The position numbers were made by a program, and so were the translations under genes. A DNA stretch of 64,000 nt from Alkalispirochaeta sp. (lineage in GTDB: Bacteria > Spirochaetota > Spirochaetia > DSM-27196 > Alkalispirochaetaceae), in contig OZ271854.1 of NCBI GenBank assembly GCA_965601925.1, forward strand, positions 2,400,001-2,464,000. Reading direction: 5' to 3'. Shown here piece by piece: positions 9,037 through 18,652 of the stretch. The number at the start of each line of letters is the position of its first letter. Position 1 is the first letter of the stretch. The notes beneath the pieces were generated by a model. The model was not told where the DNA came from. It did no database searches and saw only the letters and a program-made list of their open reading frames with translations.

Positions 9037-12000
9037 CGCCATTACCTGCCCCGCCGATCTCGCGGCGCTGCGGGATCGCCGACGATTGGTGATCTCATCG
9101 GCGACGCGGCGAATCTACCTCTGTTGCGGGGGGAGCTGCGTCTCTTCCGGGAGCGAGGCCGTTCGTAGTTCATTAGAGGCGGCCTTGTCGGAAACGGAAC
9201 TCGACGTAGAAGTTGTCGAGACCGGCTGTATGGGACCGTGCGTCGCCGGGCCCCTGGTGAGAGTTGAGCCCGACGGAGTGCTCTACAGAAATCTTATGCC
9301 CAAGGATGCCGCCGCGCTGGTACACGGCCATCTCGACGGCGGGGAGGTGCAACAAGAGCGTCTGTTTGTGACCGCGACGGGGGAGCCGGCGGTAGCCATT
9401 GCGGACATCCCCTTCTACCGAGGACAGACCAAAGTGGTGCTCCGCAACTGCGGGCTCATAGATCCGTTGCGTATCGACGATTACATCGCCGTCGACGGCT
9501 ATCAGGGCCTCGCGGCGACACTCTTCGAGTTGAAGCCCGTTGAAGTGATCGACGCTCTCGAACGTTCCGGCCTGAAAGGGCGCGGCGGCGCCGGGTTTCC
9601 GACCTATCTCAAGTGGCGTCTGACCGCCGAGGCGACGGAAGACGAGAAGTTCGTGCTGTGTAACGCCGACGAAGGTGATCCCGGTGCATTTATGGATCGT
9701 AGCCTGCTTGAAGGAGATCCGCACGGCATCATCGAGGGTATGGCCATCGCGGCGTACGCGGTTGGAGCGCGTCGCGGGTACGTGTACGTGCGGGCTGAGT
9801 ACCCCCTTGCGGTAGAGCGGTTGAGCCGAGCGATCCTCGCCGCCGAGGAGGCGGGACTCCTCGGCGAGTCGATCATGGGGACCGATTTCTCATTCCGCCT
9901 CGCGATCCGGCGCGGATCGGGCGCCTTCGTCTGCGGCGAGGAGACCGCCCTCATTCACTCGATCGAAGGGAAGCGGGGCGAGCCGCGACCACGTCCGCCG
10001 TTCCCCGCCAAGAGCGGACTGTGGGGAAAACCGACACTCCTCAATAACGTCGAGACGTATGCCGGCGTTCCCTTCATCTTCAACAAGAGTCCCGAGGAGT
10101 ATCGCGCCTTGGGGACCGAAGAGAGCAAGGGTACCAAGGTGTTTGCCCTGGCCGGTGCGGTGGAGAGTACCGGTCTGGTGGAGGTGCCTATCGGAACGAC
10201 TCTCGGTGAGTTGGTCTACGATATCGGCGGCGGCATCAAAGGCGGCAAGCAGTTTAAGGCCGCGCAGATCGGCGGTCCCTCGGGAGGATGCGTCCCGAAG
10301 GAGCATCTTAACGTACCGATGGACTACCAGAGCCTGCGGGAACTCGGCGCCATCATGGGCTCCGGCGGACTCATCGTTATGGACGACGATACGTGTATGG
10401 TCGACGTCGCCCGGTTTTTTCTCGAGTTTGTCCAGGAGGAGTCGTGCGGCAAGTGCGCGCCGTGTCGCGTCGGCACCAAACGGATGCTCGAGATATTGAA
10501 TCGGATATGCAAGGGCGAAGGCGAGCTTGCCGATATCGATCGGCTGGAAGAGTTGGGGCGCGAGATTTCCGATACGGCGCTCTGCGGCCTCGGTCAAACC
10601 GCTCCCAATCCGGTGCTTTCCACGCTGCGCCACTTCCGCGGCGAGTATGAAGAGCATATCCGCGACCACCACTGCGAAGCCGGCGTCTGTTCCGACCTCG
10701 TCCGCGCCCCGTGCCAGTCGGCGTGTCCCGCCGGTGTAGACGTTCCCGGCTTCGTAAGCCTTGTCGGCGAGAGTCGCTACGCCGAAGCGTTGCGCTTACA
10801 TCGCGAGCGTAACCCCTTTGCCGCAGTCTGCGCGCGGGTCTGCTTTCATACCTGTGAGGAGAAGTGCCGTCGAGCGAGCCTCGATGATGCGGTGAGTATT
10901 CGCGCGATCAAGCGCTTCATGGTCGACCAGGAGATCGTCGTTCAGCTTCCCGAGGTGCGGGAAAACGCGGAGAACCGACGGAAACGTATCGCGATCGTCG
11001 GTGCGGGCCCGGCCGGGCTCTCCTGCGGTTACTTCCTCGCTCGGTTGGGTTATCGACCCCTCGTACTCGAGGCGCTGCCCCGTCCCGGCGGTATGCTCGT
11101 GCAGGCTATTCCCGAGTACCGTCTCCCCCGGGAAACATTGGCGCGGGAAATTCGCATGATCGAGCGTCTGGGCGTGGAAATCCGAACCGGAGCGCGCCTC
11201 GGTGCCGACTTTACCCTTCGCGATCTCCGGGACGACGGCTTCGAGGCGGTTTTTCTCGCCCTTGGTGCCGCTGATGCCGTTGGTCTGGACGTGCCGGGCG
11301 CCGCCGGCCCGGGCCTCGTTGAGGCGGGGGAGTTTCTCAAGATGTACAACGTACGCGGATCGGCGCCCGTGGGCGACGCGGTCGTCGTCGTCGGCGGCGG
11401 AAATGCCGCGGTGGATGCGGCCCGTACCGCGGTCCGTCTCGGAGCTGAGGTGACGATCGTCTATCGTCGCACTCGTGACGAGATGCCGGCCTACACCGAG
11501 GAGGTCGATGAGGCGCTCCAGGAAGGAGTGGAGCTATTGGTTCTCACCCAACCGGAGGAGGTGCTTCGCGACGGAAACAGAATCGTCGGCCTACGATGCC
11601 GTCCTCTCTCCTTGGGAGAGTTCGACCGCTCCGGGCGTCGTCGCCCGCGGTTGGGCGGCGGGCCCCTCTTCGAGATCCCGGCGGACCAGATAATCACCGC
11701 TATCGGACAGCGACTCGACGCCTCCGTACTCGGAGAGAGCCCTCTGATCGAACGTAACGAGCGCGGCTTTCTCAATGTGGATCCGGTCACCGCCGCCACC
11801 TCCGTTCCGTGGATATTTTCCGGTGGCGACGCCGCCACCGGCCCGGCATCCGTCGTCGAGGCGATCGCCGCAGGCGAGCGGGCGGCGTGCGGTATCGATC
11901 GCTCGTTTACCGGCGAGGACCACGCGTTCTGGCGTACGGAACGGCTTGTCGACACCGCCTTTGATCCCGATGCGGAGCCGGCCGCCTACCCGCGGGAGCG

Positions 12001-12148
12001 GATGGAGACGGTCCCGGTCGAGCGGCGCCGACACAACTTCTGTGAGGTCGAGCTCCCGTGGAGCGAGGCGGTTGCGATACGGCAGGCGCGCCGGTGCCTC
12101 CGGTGCGACTACCGGGCGTGCGGCGCGAGGGAGGCGCATCATGCTTGA
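9026..12148 (+). CDS. hydB: [FeFe] hydrogenase NuoF-like flavin subunit fused to a GltD/NfnB-like FAD/NAD(P)H oxidoreductase domain
   Basis: GRGGAGFPT, NADEGDPGAFMDR, GAFVCGEETAL, SCGKCAPCRVG, LCGLG; then PCQSACP/CARVCFHTCEEKC, GAGPAG, GGGNAAVDAARTA, YRR. Confidence 0.9.
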   Translation: MCVDAITCPADLAALRDRRRLVISSATRRIYLCCGGSCVSSGSEAVRSSLEAALSETELDVEVVETGCMGPCVAGPLVRVEPDGVLYRNLMPKDAAALVHGHLDGGEVQQERLFVTATGEPAVAIADIPFYRGQTKVVLRNCGLIDPLRIDDYIAVDGYQGLAATLFELKPVEVIDALERSGLKGRGGAGFPTYLKWRLTAEATEDEKFVLCNADEGDPGAFMDRSLLEGDPHGIIEGMAIAAYAVGARRGYVYVRAEYPLAVERLSRAILAAEEAGLLGESIMGTDFSFRLAIRRGSGAFVCGEETALIHSIEGKRGEPRPRPPFPAKSGLWGKPTLLNNVETYAGVPFIFNKSPEEYRALGTEESKGTKVFALAGAVESTGLVEVPIGTTLGELVYDIGGGIKGGKQFKAAQIGGPSGGCVPKEHLNVPMDYQSLRELGAIMGSGGLIVMDDDTCMVDVARFFLEFVQEESCGKCAPCRVGTKRMLEILNRICKGEGELADIDRLEELGREISDTALCGLGQTAPNPVLSTLRHFRGEYEEHIRDHHCEAGVCSDLVRAPCQSACPAGVDVPGFVSLVGESRYAEALRLHRERNPFAAVCARVCFHTCEEKCRRASLDDAVSIRAIKRFMVDQEIVVQLPEVRENAENRRKRIAIVGAGPAGLSCGYFLARLGYRPLVLEALPRPGGMLVQAIPEYRLPRETLAREIRMIERLGVEIRTGARLGADFTLRDLRDDGFEAVFLALGAADAVGLDVPGAAGPGLVEAGEFLKMYNVRGSAPVGDAVVVVGGGNAAVDAARTAVRLGAEVTIVYRRTRDEMPAYTEEVDEALQEGVELLVLTQPEEVLRDGNRIVGLRCRPLSLGEFDRSGRRRPRLGGGPLFEIPADQIITAIGQRLDASVLGESPLIERNERGFLNVDPVTAATSVPWIFSGGDAATGPASVVEAIAAGERAACGIDRSFTGEDHAFWRTERLVDTAFDPDAEPAAYPRERMETVPVERRRHNFCEVELPWSEAVAIRQARRCLRCDYRACGAREAHHA

Positions 12149-13955
12149 AGTCACGATGAACGGAAGAACCGTACGAGCGCCGGAGGGGCGGACGATTCTC
12201 GAGGTCGCGCGAGACGCGGGTGTGCACATACCGACGCTCTGCAATATGGAAGGATTTCCGGCCCAGGGAGCGTGTCGGGTTTGCGTCGTCGAGGTCGAGG
12301 GCGCCCCGAGGTTGGCGGCGGCGTGCGCCACGCCGGTACGCGACGGGATGGTCATTCGCACCAACTCGCAGCGAGCACGGCGTGGACGCCGGAGCGTCGT
12401 GGAGCTCCTATTAAGCGAGCATACCGGAGACTGCCAGACGTGCGACCGCGGCGACGACTGCGAGCTGAAAGACCTGGCCCACGATCTTGGTGTGCGGGAG
12501 CTTGCGTACCGCGGCGAAAAGGCGCCCGTACGAATGGACTGCAGCACCGAGGCGCTCATGAGAGACAGCGGTAAGTGTATAAAGTGTCGCCGCTGCGTCA
12601 CGGCCTGTAATGCGATCCAGGCCGTCGGTGCCCTGTGGCCTCAGGGACGGGGATACGAGACGACGATAGGCCCCGCCTTCGGCGGCGATCTGTCCGAGGT
12701 CGCGTGCGTACAGTGCGGCCAGTGCGCGGCGGTCTGTCCCGTCGGCGCAATTACGGAAACGCGTCACGTCGACGGTGTGTGGAACGCCCTCGACGACCCT
12801 GAGCGTATCGTCGTTGTACAGACGGCGCCTGCGATTCGCTCAGCCTTGGGCGAGTTGTTTGGGCTACCCCCGGGAACTCTGGTAACCGGTAAGATGGTGA
12901 CCGCGCTGCGTCAGCTCGGCTTTGACAAAGTCTTCGATACCAACTTCACCGCCGACCTCACGATAATCGAGGAGGGGAACGAACTGTTGAGTCGTCTGGA
13001 GGCCGTCTTGGTCCGAGGCGAGACGGCGGCGCTCCCGCAGTTCACCAGCTGTTCTCCGGGATGGATCAACTTCACCGAGGAGTTTTACCCACAGTTCATT
13101 CCCAACCTCTCTAGTTGTAAGAGCCCTCAGCAGATGTTCGGTGCCCTGGCCAAGACGTATTACGCCGATATGCTCGGCATTCCGGCCGAAAAGATGACCG
13201 TCGTATCGGTCATGCCGTGTACGGCGAAGAAGTTTGAAGCGGCGCGGAGCGAGATGAACGACAGTGGTGTACGGGACGTCGACTACGTCTTGACGACCCG
13301 AGAGCTGGGACAAATGATCACCGAGAGCGGGCTGGACTTTCTCTCGCTATCGGACGGGGAGATGGACGCTCCGTTGGGTCTCTCATCCGGTGCCGCGGAT
13401 ATCTTTGCCAATACCGGCGGCGTGATGGAGGCGGCGCTGCGAACGGTGTGGGAAGTCGCGACCGGGACGCCGCTTCCGGCGGACAATCTCCACATCACGC
13501 CCCTGGCGGGCCTGGAAGGTGTGAAGGAGGCGCGCCTTACGGTCAGCGGCGCCGTGGATACGTGGGCCTTTTTGGAGGGCGTAACGCTCAGCGTGGCGGT
13601 CGCCCACGGTCTCGGAAATGCCGCGAAGCTCCTCGAATCGATCGCATCGGGAGAGAGAACGTATCACTTTGTCGAGATCATGACCTGTCCCGGCGGGTGC
13701 ATCGGCGGCGGTGGCCAGCCGCGCTTTACCGATAACGACGTCCGGACGGCGCGCATCGAGGCCATTTACCGGGAGGACGAGGGCAAGACGATTCGCGCCA
13801 GCCACCACAACCCCGCCGTTAGCGAGCTATACAAGCGCTTCCTCGGTGTGCCGCTGGGAGAGCGCTCACACCACCTTCTGCACACGCACTACGTTCCGCG
13901 GCAACGGGACGAATCGAGGGCCCAAACCGCTGCGGGCCCTTCGGTTGAGCGGTAG
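12141..13955 (+). CDS. hydA: [FeFe] hydrogenase catalytic subunit (group A, NuoG-like N-terminus)
   Basis: H-cluster motifs TSCSPGW, MPCTAKKFE, EIMTCPGGCIGGGGQP; N-terminal 2Fe-2S, His-ligated and 2x4Fe-4S motifs; ATG at 12141 after GGAGG. Confidence 0.96.
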   Translation: MLEVTMNGRTVRAPEGRTILEVARDAGVHIPTLCNMEGFPAQGACRVCVVEVEGAPRLAAACATPVRDGMVIRTNSQRARRGRRSVVELLLSEHTGDCQTCDRGDDCELKDLAHDLGVRELAYRGEKAPVRMDCSTEALMRDSGKCIKCRRCVTACNAIQAVGALWPQGRGYETTIGPAFGGDLSEVACVQCGQCAAVCPVGAITETRHVDGVWNALDDPERIVVVQTAPAIRSALGELFGLPPGTLVTGKMVTALRQLGFDKVFDTNFTADLTIIEEGNELLSRLEAVLVRGETAALPQFTSCSPGWINFTEEFYPQFIPNLSSCKSPQQMFGALAKTYYADMLGIPAEKMTVVSVMPCTAKKFEAARSEMNDSGVRDVDYVLTTRELGQMITESGLDFLSLSDGEMDAPLGLSSGAADIFANTGGVMEAALRTVWEVATGTPLPADNLHITPLAGLEGVKEARLTVSGAVDTWAFLEGVTLSVAVAHGLGNAAKLLESIASGERTYHFVEIMTCPGGCIGGGGQPRFTDNDVRTARIEAIYREDEGKTIRASHHNPAVSELYKRFLGVPLGERSHHLLHTHYVPRQRDESRAQTAAGPSVER

Positions 13956-14055
13956 GAGGACGCATCGAAGCCTGCAGCATTCGCGGCGGACGCCCGACGG
14001 CGATGCCGGTGACGCGCGAAGAAATCGTGGGCGGCACGCCGTATCGGGAGTCCGC

Positions 14056-16245
14056 TCATGACCGAGGAGTCTCCTCGGTGGTGCGAAAACTCATGACGCC
14101 CGCGGCCATGGAGTCGAGTTTTTCGCCGAGTTGAGCGACGTCGCCCTGTAACGACACCGAGCCGTCCTTAATCTCCGAGACGCCGTGACCGATCGTCCCG
14201 AGTGCCGCCGAGAGCGAACGACTCGCGTGGTCGACTTCGCCCATCACCTCGTTCATGACCTTCGCCTGACCGTCGATCTCGTCCATGCCGGTCTTGATCG
14301 ACGTGCTTCCGTCACGCATGACTTGAATCGCCTTAACGACCTCGTCGGCTCCCACCGACAGTTCGGCCGTCGTCGCCTCGATCTCGGCAAACCCGTGGAC
14401 GAACTCCGCGACGCGCTCTTGGACCGCGCCGAACGCCGTTTGCACCTCGCCGCTCGCGGTATCGAGCGCCGTGATATCCTCGTTGAAACCGCGCACCGAG
14501 TTATCGATCGTCTTGGACCTGATCGCGGACCCCTCGGCGAGCTTGCGTATCTCGTCGGCGACAACGGCAAAGCCGCGCCCCGCCTCCCCGGCGTGGGCCG
14601 CCTCGATCGCGGCGTTCATCGCCAGAAGATTGGTTTGCGACGCGATGCCCTTGATGAGGTTGCTCGCCTCCTGAATCTCTTCCAGCCGCCTGAGAAACTG
14701 GCCGATAGTGCGACTGATCCCGTCGACGACCTCGCGGCCGTGAGCGGTGGCCTCGGTGACCGCCGAGGACTCGTCGCGCCGTTGTGCGCTGGTGCGGGCG
14801 ATGCTCCGTATACTCGCCGCCATCTCTTCGATAGAACTCGACGACTCTTCGACGGCCGAAACCTCGTCGTCTATTTGCGTTCTAAAACCATCGAGGGAAC
14901 GGCGAATCTTTGCGATGGCATCGCTTGCGCGAGTCACTACGGCGGTCAGGCTGTCGCCCATCTCCTCTACCGAAGAGATTGTCGTGGTGATGGCATTGGT
15001 CGCCGCCGTAGTCTCTTCACTCGCGGCCACGACCGTCGTCTTCAGCTCTTCCGCCTCGCCGGCGGTCGTCTTAACGGTTCGCACAACCTCCTCCACCGCG
15101 GCGATGAACAAGTTGAAGTGGCGTGACAAGTCGGCGGTCTCGTCGTTGCCTCTGGCCTCGAGTCGGAAGGTAAGGTCGCCGGATCCTGCGGCGAGCTCGG
15201 CGGCACGCTCGGCGATACCGCGAATGGGCCGCGCGATCGCGGAGCCGGTGAGCGATGCCGCCACTACACCGACCAGCACCGACAAAAAAAGCGCGACGAG
15301 CACAAAGATGCTGATCTCGCCTACAACGCCGAAAAACTCGTCGATGAAAGGCGCGACGACGATAATCCAGTCGGTTCCCGGAACGGTTTCGAAGTATCCG
15401 GCCTTCTCGCGTCCGGCATCGGGGCCGACGGTCTGGGTGTATGAGATATATCCCGACCGCTCCTGGAGCATTCGACCGACATGGGGGCGATCGGCGATAT
15501 TCGTCCCGACATCCGTAGGGTGGATAAGGAGGGTGCCGTCACCATCCAGTACGTATGCATATCCGGTAAGGCCGATCGTCACATCCAGGAGATAGCGTTG
15601 TAGGAGGGCCAAATCGACGATCTGGACACCGGAAAATGAGATAATGCGATCGGTCGTTCTCGTGTATCTCGTGAGGTACTCGTCACCGACGATCGTCGCC
15701 ACGCCGGCAAACTCAGGTTCGTCCTCTTCCACCAGTGTTCTGAATCGCGCGTCGTCGGTCGGAATGTAGCTCCACTGGGCCGATGTTCCGTCGGCTCTGC
15801 GTATGCTCGTATCGTAGCGCACGAGCCCGATCTCGTGCTCCAAAAAAAACGTTACCGCATCGTCGGCGGTGTCACTTGAGACGCGATCGGCGAGGCCGCT
15901 TTCCGACAGGAGTGCTCCATCGACGCCGACCCATGGGACGACAATGTCGCTCGCCTCGCCTGTCGTCTGATGGTAGACCGTCACGGAAAACGAACGCGTA
16001 TCGTCTACCTCGAGCGTGCGAGCGACGATTTGGACCGCATTTGTCGCTATTTCGAGTTCTCGCTGCCGGGCGGTAAAGGAAAGCTCTACGAGACGACGGG
16101 CCATCTGCGTCGTGTCTTGAATGCCCTCGTTGACGATCTCCCTCGTCGTCGTTCTGATTCGCTGGATGGATACGAAGCCCAAAGCGCCCAAGAGCACGGT
16201 CACCAGCGCTACGTTCACCACGGTCAGTTTCGTACGTATTTTCAT
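14056..16245 (-). CDS. Methyl-accepting chemotaxis protein with Cache-type sensor and HAMP domain
   Basis: Two TM helices; GYAYVLDGDGTLLIHP Cache motif; QTNLLAMNAAIEAAHAGEAGRGFAVVADEIRKLAE. Confidence 0.96.
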   Translation of the reverse strand: MKIRTKLTVVNVALVTVLLGALGFVSIQRIRTTTREIVNEGIQDTTQMARRLVELSFTARQRELEIATNAVQIVARTLEVDDTRSFSVTVYHQTTGEASDIVVPWVGVDGALLSESGLADRVSSDTADDAVTFFLEHEIGLVRYDTSIRRADGTSAQWSYIPTDDARFRTLVEEDEPEFAGVATIVGDEYLTRYTRTTDRIISFSGVQIVDLALLQRYLLDVTIGLTGYAYVLDGDGTLLIHPTDVGTNIADRPHVGRMLQERSGYISYTQTVGPDAGREKAGYFETVPGTDWIIVVAPFIDEFFGVVGEISIFVLVALFLSVLVGVVAASLTGSAIARPIRGIAERAAELAAGSGDLTFRLEARGNDETADLSRHFNLFIAAVEEVVRTVKTTAGEAEELKTTVVAASEETTAATNAITTTISSVEEMGDSLTAVVTRASDAIAKIRRSLDGFRTQIDDEVSAVEESSSSIEEMAASIRSIARTSAQRRDESSAVTEATAHGREVVDGISRTIGQFLRRLEEIQEASNLIKGIASQTNLLAMNAAIEAAHAGEAGRGFAVVADEIRKLAEGSAIRSKTIDNSVRGFNEDITALDTASGEVQTAFGAVQERVAEFVHGFAEIEATTAELSVGADEVVKAIQVMRDGSTSIKTGMDEIDGQAKVMNEVMGEVDHASRSLSAALGTIGHGVSEIKDGSVSLQGDVAQLGEKLDSMAAGVMSFRTTEETPRS

Positions 16246-16423
16246 AGACGGTTCCTACTTTTAGTTCTATAGAACAGTATACAACCGAAATTGACCGTGT
16301 TCATGGAGAAATGTTGAACCGATAAATATTTCCATATTTAATGGGAGTTGTAACGGTTCGGTTACCGTCATACGAACACGCCGTACTCCCGCATGACATA
16401 AAAATCTATTATCATTACCCCGT

Positions 16424-17896
16424 ATGATTCCGAATGCGGCACTGCTCACCGATCTCTACGAGTTGACGATGATGCAAGGGTATCACCACTATGACATGCA
16501 CCATCGTGCCGTATTCGATATGTTTTTCCGGCGGCAACCGTTCGGCGGAGGGTTCTCGGTCTTTGCCGGGCTAGAGGATGTGCTCGCAACGCTGGAAACC
16601 CTTCGATTTGAACCCGACGATCTGGCGTATCTCGAAAGTCTCGGACTCTTTGAACGCGCCTTTTTGGATTACCTATCGACGTTTCGATTCAGCGGCGATG
16701 TGTGGGCCGCGAAAGAAGGAACGCTCGTATTTCCGCAAGAGCCGCTCATTCGCGTCCACACGACGATTATCGAGGCTCAACTCATCGAGAGCTTCCTCCT
16801 CAATACCATCAACTTCCAAACCCTCGTCGCAACCAAAACGGCTCGAATCTACTTGGCAAGCGAGGAGGGAGCGCTCGCGGAGTTCGGGCTGCGGCGTGCA
16901 CAAGGCTCCGACGGCGCAATGAGCGCCTCACGAGCGGCGTACATCGGCGGCGCCTCCTCTACGAGCAACACCTTGGCCGGAAAACGGTACGGCATACCGG
17001 TGACCGGCACGATGGCCCACAGTTGGGTCATGGCCTTCGACTCCGAGCGCGAGTCCTTTGAGCGCTACGCCGATCTCTATCCGGATAATGCGATTCTCCT
17101 CATCGACACCTACGACACATTGGGCAGTGGAATCGAAAACGCGATCTCCGTCGGACGCGAGCTTAAGGCGCGAGGAAAGCGCGTCGGCGTACGTCTCGAC
17201 AGCGGCGATATTCAGTATTTGAGTAAACAGGTGCGACGGCGCCTCGACGGTGCGGGACTCACCGATGCCCGTATCGCCGTTTCGAACGAGCTCGACGAGC
17301 GCATCATTCATCAGCTCGTATCCGCGGATAGCCCGGTAGACTTATGGGGTGTCGGCACGCAACTGGTAACCGGAGGAGGTGACCCGGCACTCACCGGGGT
17401 ATACAAGCTGGCGGCGAAGGAGACCGAAAACGGCGCATTCGTCCCGACGATGAAGGTGAGCGATAATCCCGAGAAGAGCACCAACCCGGGAATCAAGCAA
17501 GTCTGGCGTTTTTATGGGGCCGAAGACTATCCTTTGGCCGATCTTATCACACTCGACGATCGACCGCCCGTCGATGTCGAGGCCGGCGGGGAGGGCAAAC
17601 GGTCGCCCGTGCGTTTCTATCATCCTTCGGGAGACTATCGGAAGTTCACCCTCGAGCGGTGGGAGCGGTGCGAACCCCTTCTGGAAAAGCACATGGAAGG
17701 CGGACGTGTCATCGGTGAGCGGCCGTCGCTGTCTCATATACGAGAGCGAACGTTGGTCAATTTGCGCCGTCTGGACGAAACCTATACGCGTATCATCAAT
17801 CCTCACGTTTACAAAGTCTCGGTAAGTAAACCGCTGCGACGGCTAAAGCAGGATTTTCTCGCGCGCTATCTCGCCGACGAGGACAACGGAGAGTAG
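16424..17896 (+). CDS. pncB: Nicotinate phosphoribosyltransferase
   Basis: LLTDLYELTM, EFGLRRAQG, GTMAHSW, LIDTYD, VRLDSGD. Confidence 0.96.
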   Translation: MIPNAALLTDLYELTMMQGYHHYDMHHRAVFDMFFRRQPFGGGFSVFAGLEDVLATLETLRFEPDDLAYLESLGLFERAFLDYLSTFRFSGDVWAAKEGTLVFPQEPLIRVHTTIIEAQLIESFLLNTINFQTLVATKTARIYLASEEGALAEFGLRRAQGSDGAMSASRAAYIGGASSTSNTLAGKRYGIPVTGTMAHSWVMAFDSERESFERYADLYPDNAILLIDTYDTLGSGIENAISVGRELKARGKRVGVRLDSGDIQYLSKQVRRRLDGAGLTDARIAVSNELDERIIHQLVSADSPVDLWGVGTQLVTGGGDPALTGVYKLAAKETENGAFVPTMKVSDNPEKSTNPGIKQVWRFYGAEDYPLADLITLDDRPPVDVEAGGEGKRSPVRFYHPSGDYRKFTLERWERCEPLLEKHMEGGRVIGERPSLSHIRERTLVNLRRLDETYTRIINPHVYKVSVSKPLRRLKQDFLARYLADEDNGE

Positions 17897-17900
17897 ATCG

Positions 17901-18236
17901 GTGGGCCGCCTCACGGAGCGTTGGTTCGGCATTATTCTCAAAGTGGTACGCGAGTACTATCCCGACGCGCGTCTGGTAGCGTGGGGCCCTCTGATCGACG
18001 AGGGGACGAGCGCCGAGGAACCCGCGAGGTACGCGCATCGACGAGCGAATAGCGACGCGCGCCTGGAAATCGTAATACTCGACCCGTCGGACCCGGAGCA
18101 GTCACATCTCGTAGAGATACGGAGGGCCCTGGCGGTCTCGGAGTTGCCGATGGAAAGCGACGTCCGACTCATGAGCGACCTTACGACGAGCGAGCGGGAA
18201 GAGGTGTTGCAACGGGGCATTCAGTTCGGTGGGTAA
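17901..18236 (+). CDS. Hypothetical protein resembling a degenerate minimal nucleotidyltransferase (MNT) fold
   Basis: Starts 4 bp after pncB; pattern YPDARLVAWG...LEIVI...SELPMESDV...EEVLQRGI recalls MNT proteins. Confidence 0.5.
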   Translation: MGRLTERWFGIILKVVREYYPDARLVAWGPLIDEGTSAEEPARYAHRRANSDARLEIVILDPSDPEQSHLVEIRRALAVSELPMESDVRLMSDLTTSEREEVLQRGIQFGG

Positions 18237-18263
18237 TGCCGGATGGTTCATCGATCCGGACAC

Positions 18264-18309
18264 AAAAAAACCCCCTCGCCATGCCGCAATGAACGGTGTA
18301 ACGCGGGGG
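18264..18309 (-). terminator. Probable intrinsic terminator after ferredoxin
   Basis: Minus-strand CCCCCGCG...CGAGGGGG stem (one mismatch, long structured loop) followed by a T7 tract. Confidence 0.5.
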
Positions 18310-18328
18310 AGATAACGAGAAGGGAAGC

Positions 18329-18517
18329 TTACTCGATGATGATCGCGTCCGCCGGGCACTCCTCGGCCGACTCTCGAGCAAGGTCCTCCATATCGGCGGG
18401 GACCACGTCGACCTTCGCTTCGGCGAGGCCGTCGTCGTTCATGACGAACAGATCCGGCGCCATATTGGTGCACACAGCACAGCTGATACAAAGATCAGGA
18501 TCAACAGTTGCTTTCAT
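18329..18517 (-). CDS. Monocluster [4Fe-4S] ferredoxin
   Basis: 62 aa, acidic, CISCAVC...CP; AAGGAG RBS; candidate TTGACA-17-CACAAT promoter at 18559-18587. Confidence 0.95.
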   Translation of the reverse strand: MKATVDPDLCISCAVCTNMAPDLFVMNDDGLAEAKVDVVPADMEDLARESAEECPADAIIIE

Positions 18518-18652
18518 GTGAGACTCCTTATTCAGGCTTTTGTGATATCTACACCGATATTGTGATGAATTTACGTTAAATTGTCAAACGTTTTTCTTTT
18601 AACGCGCCCTATCCCGCTTGCATGCGGTCCCCCTCTATTGTAGGGTGCAGTT

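Noticed and set aside
11775..12140. N-terminal extension of HydA given by the ORF track
   Set aside because: Overlaps hydB and is low-complexity; the real start is ATG 12141 with a GGAGG RBS. Similar over-long starts were trimmed for several other genes.
18540..18577. Two TTGTGAT motifs as Rex operators upstream of ferredoxin
   Set aside because: Right half-sites do not match TCACAA at the proper spacing; only a short direct repeat is supported.
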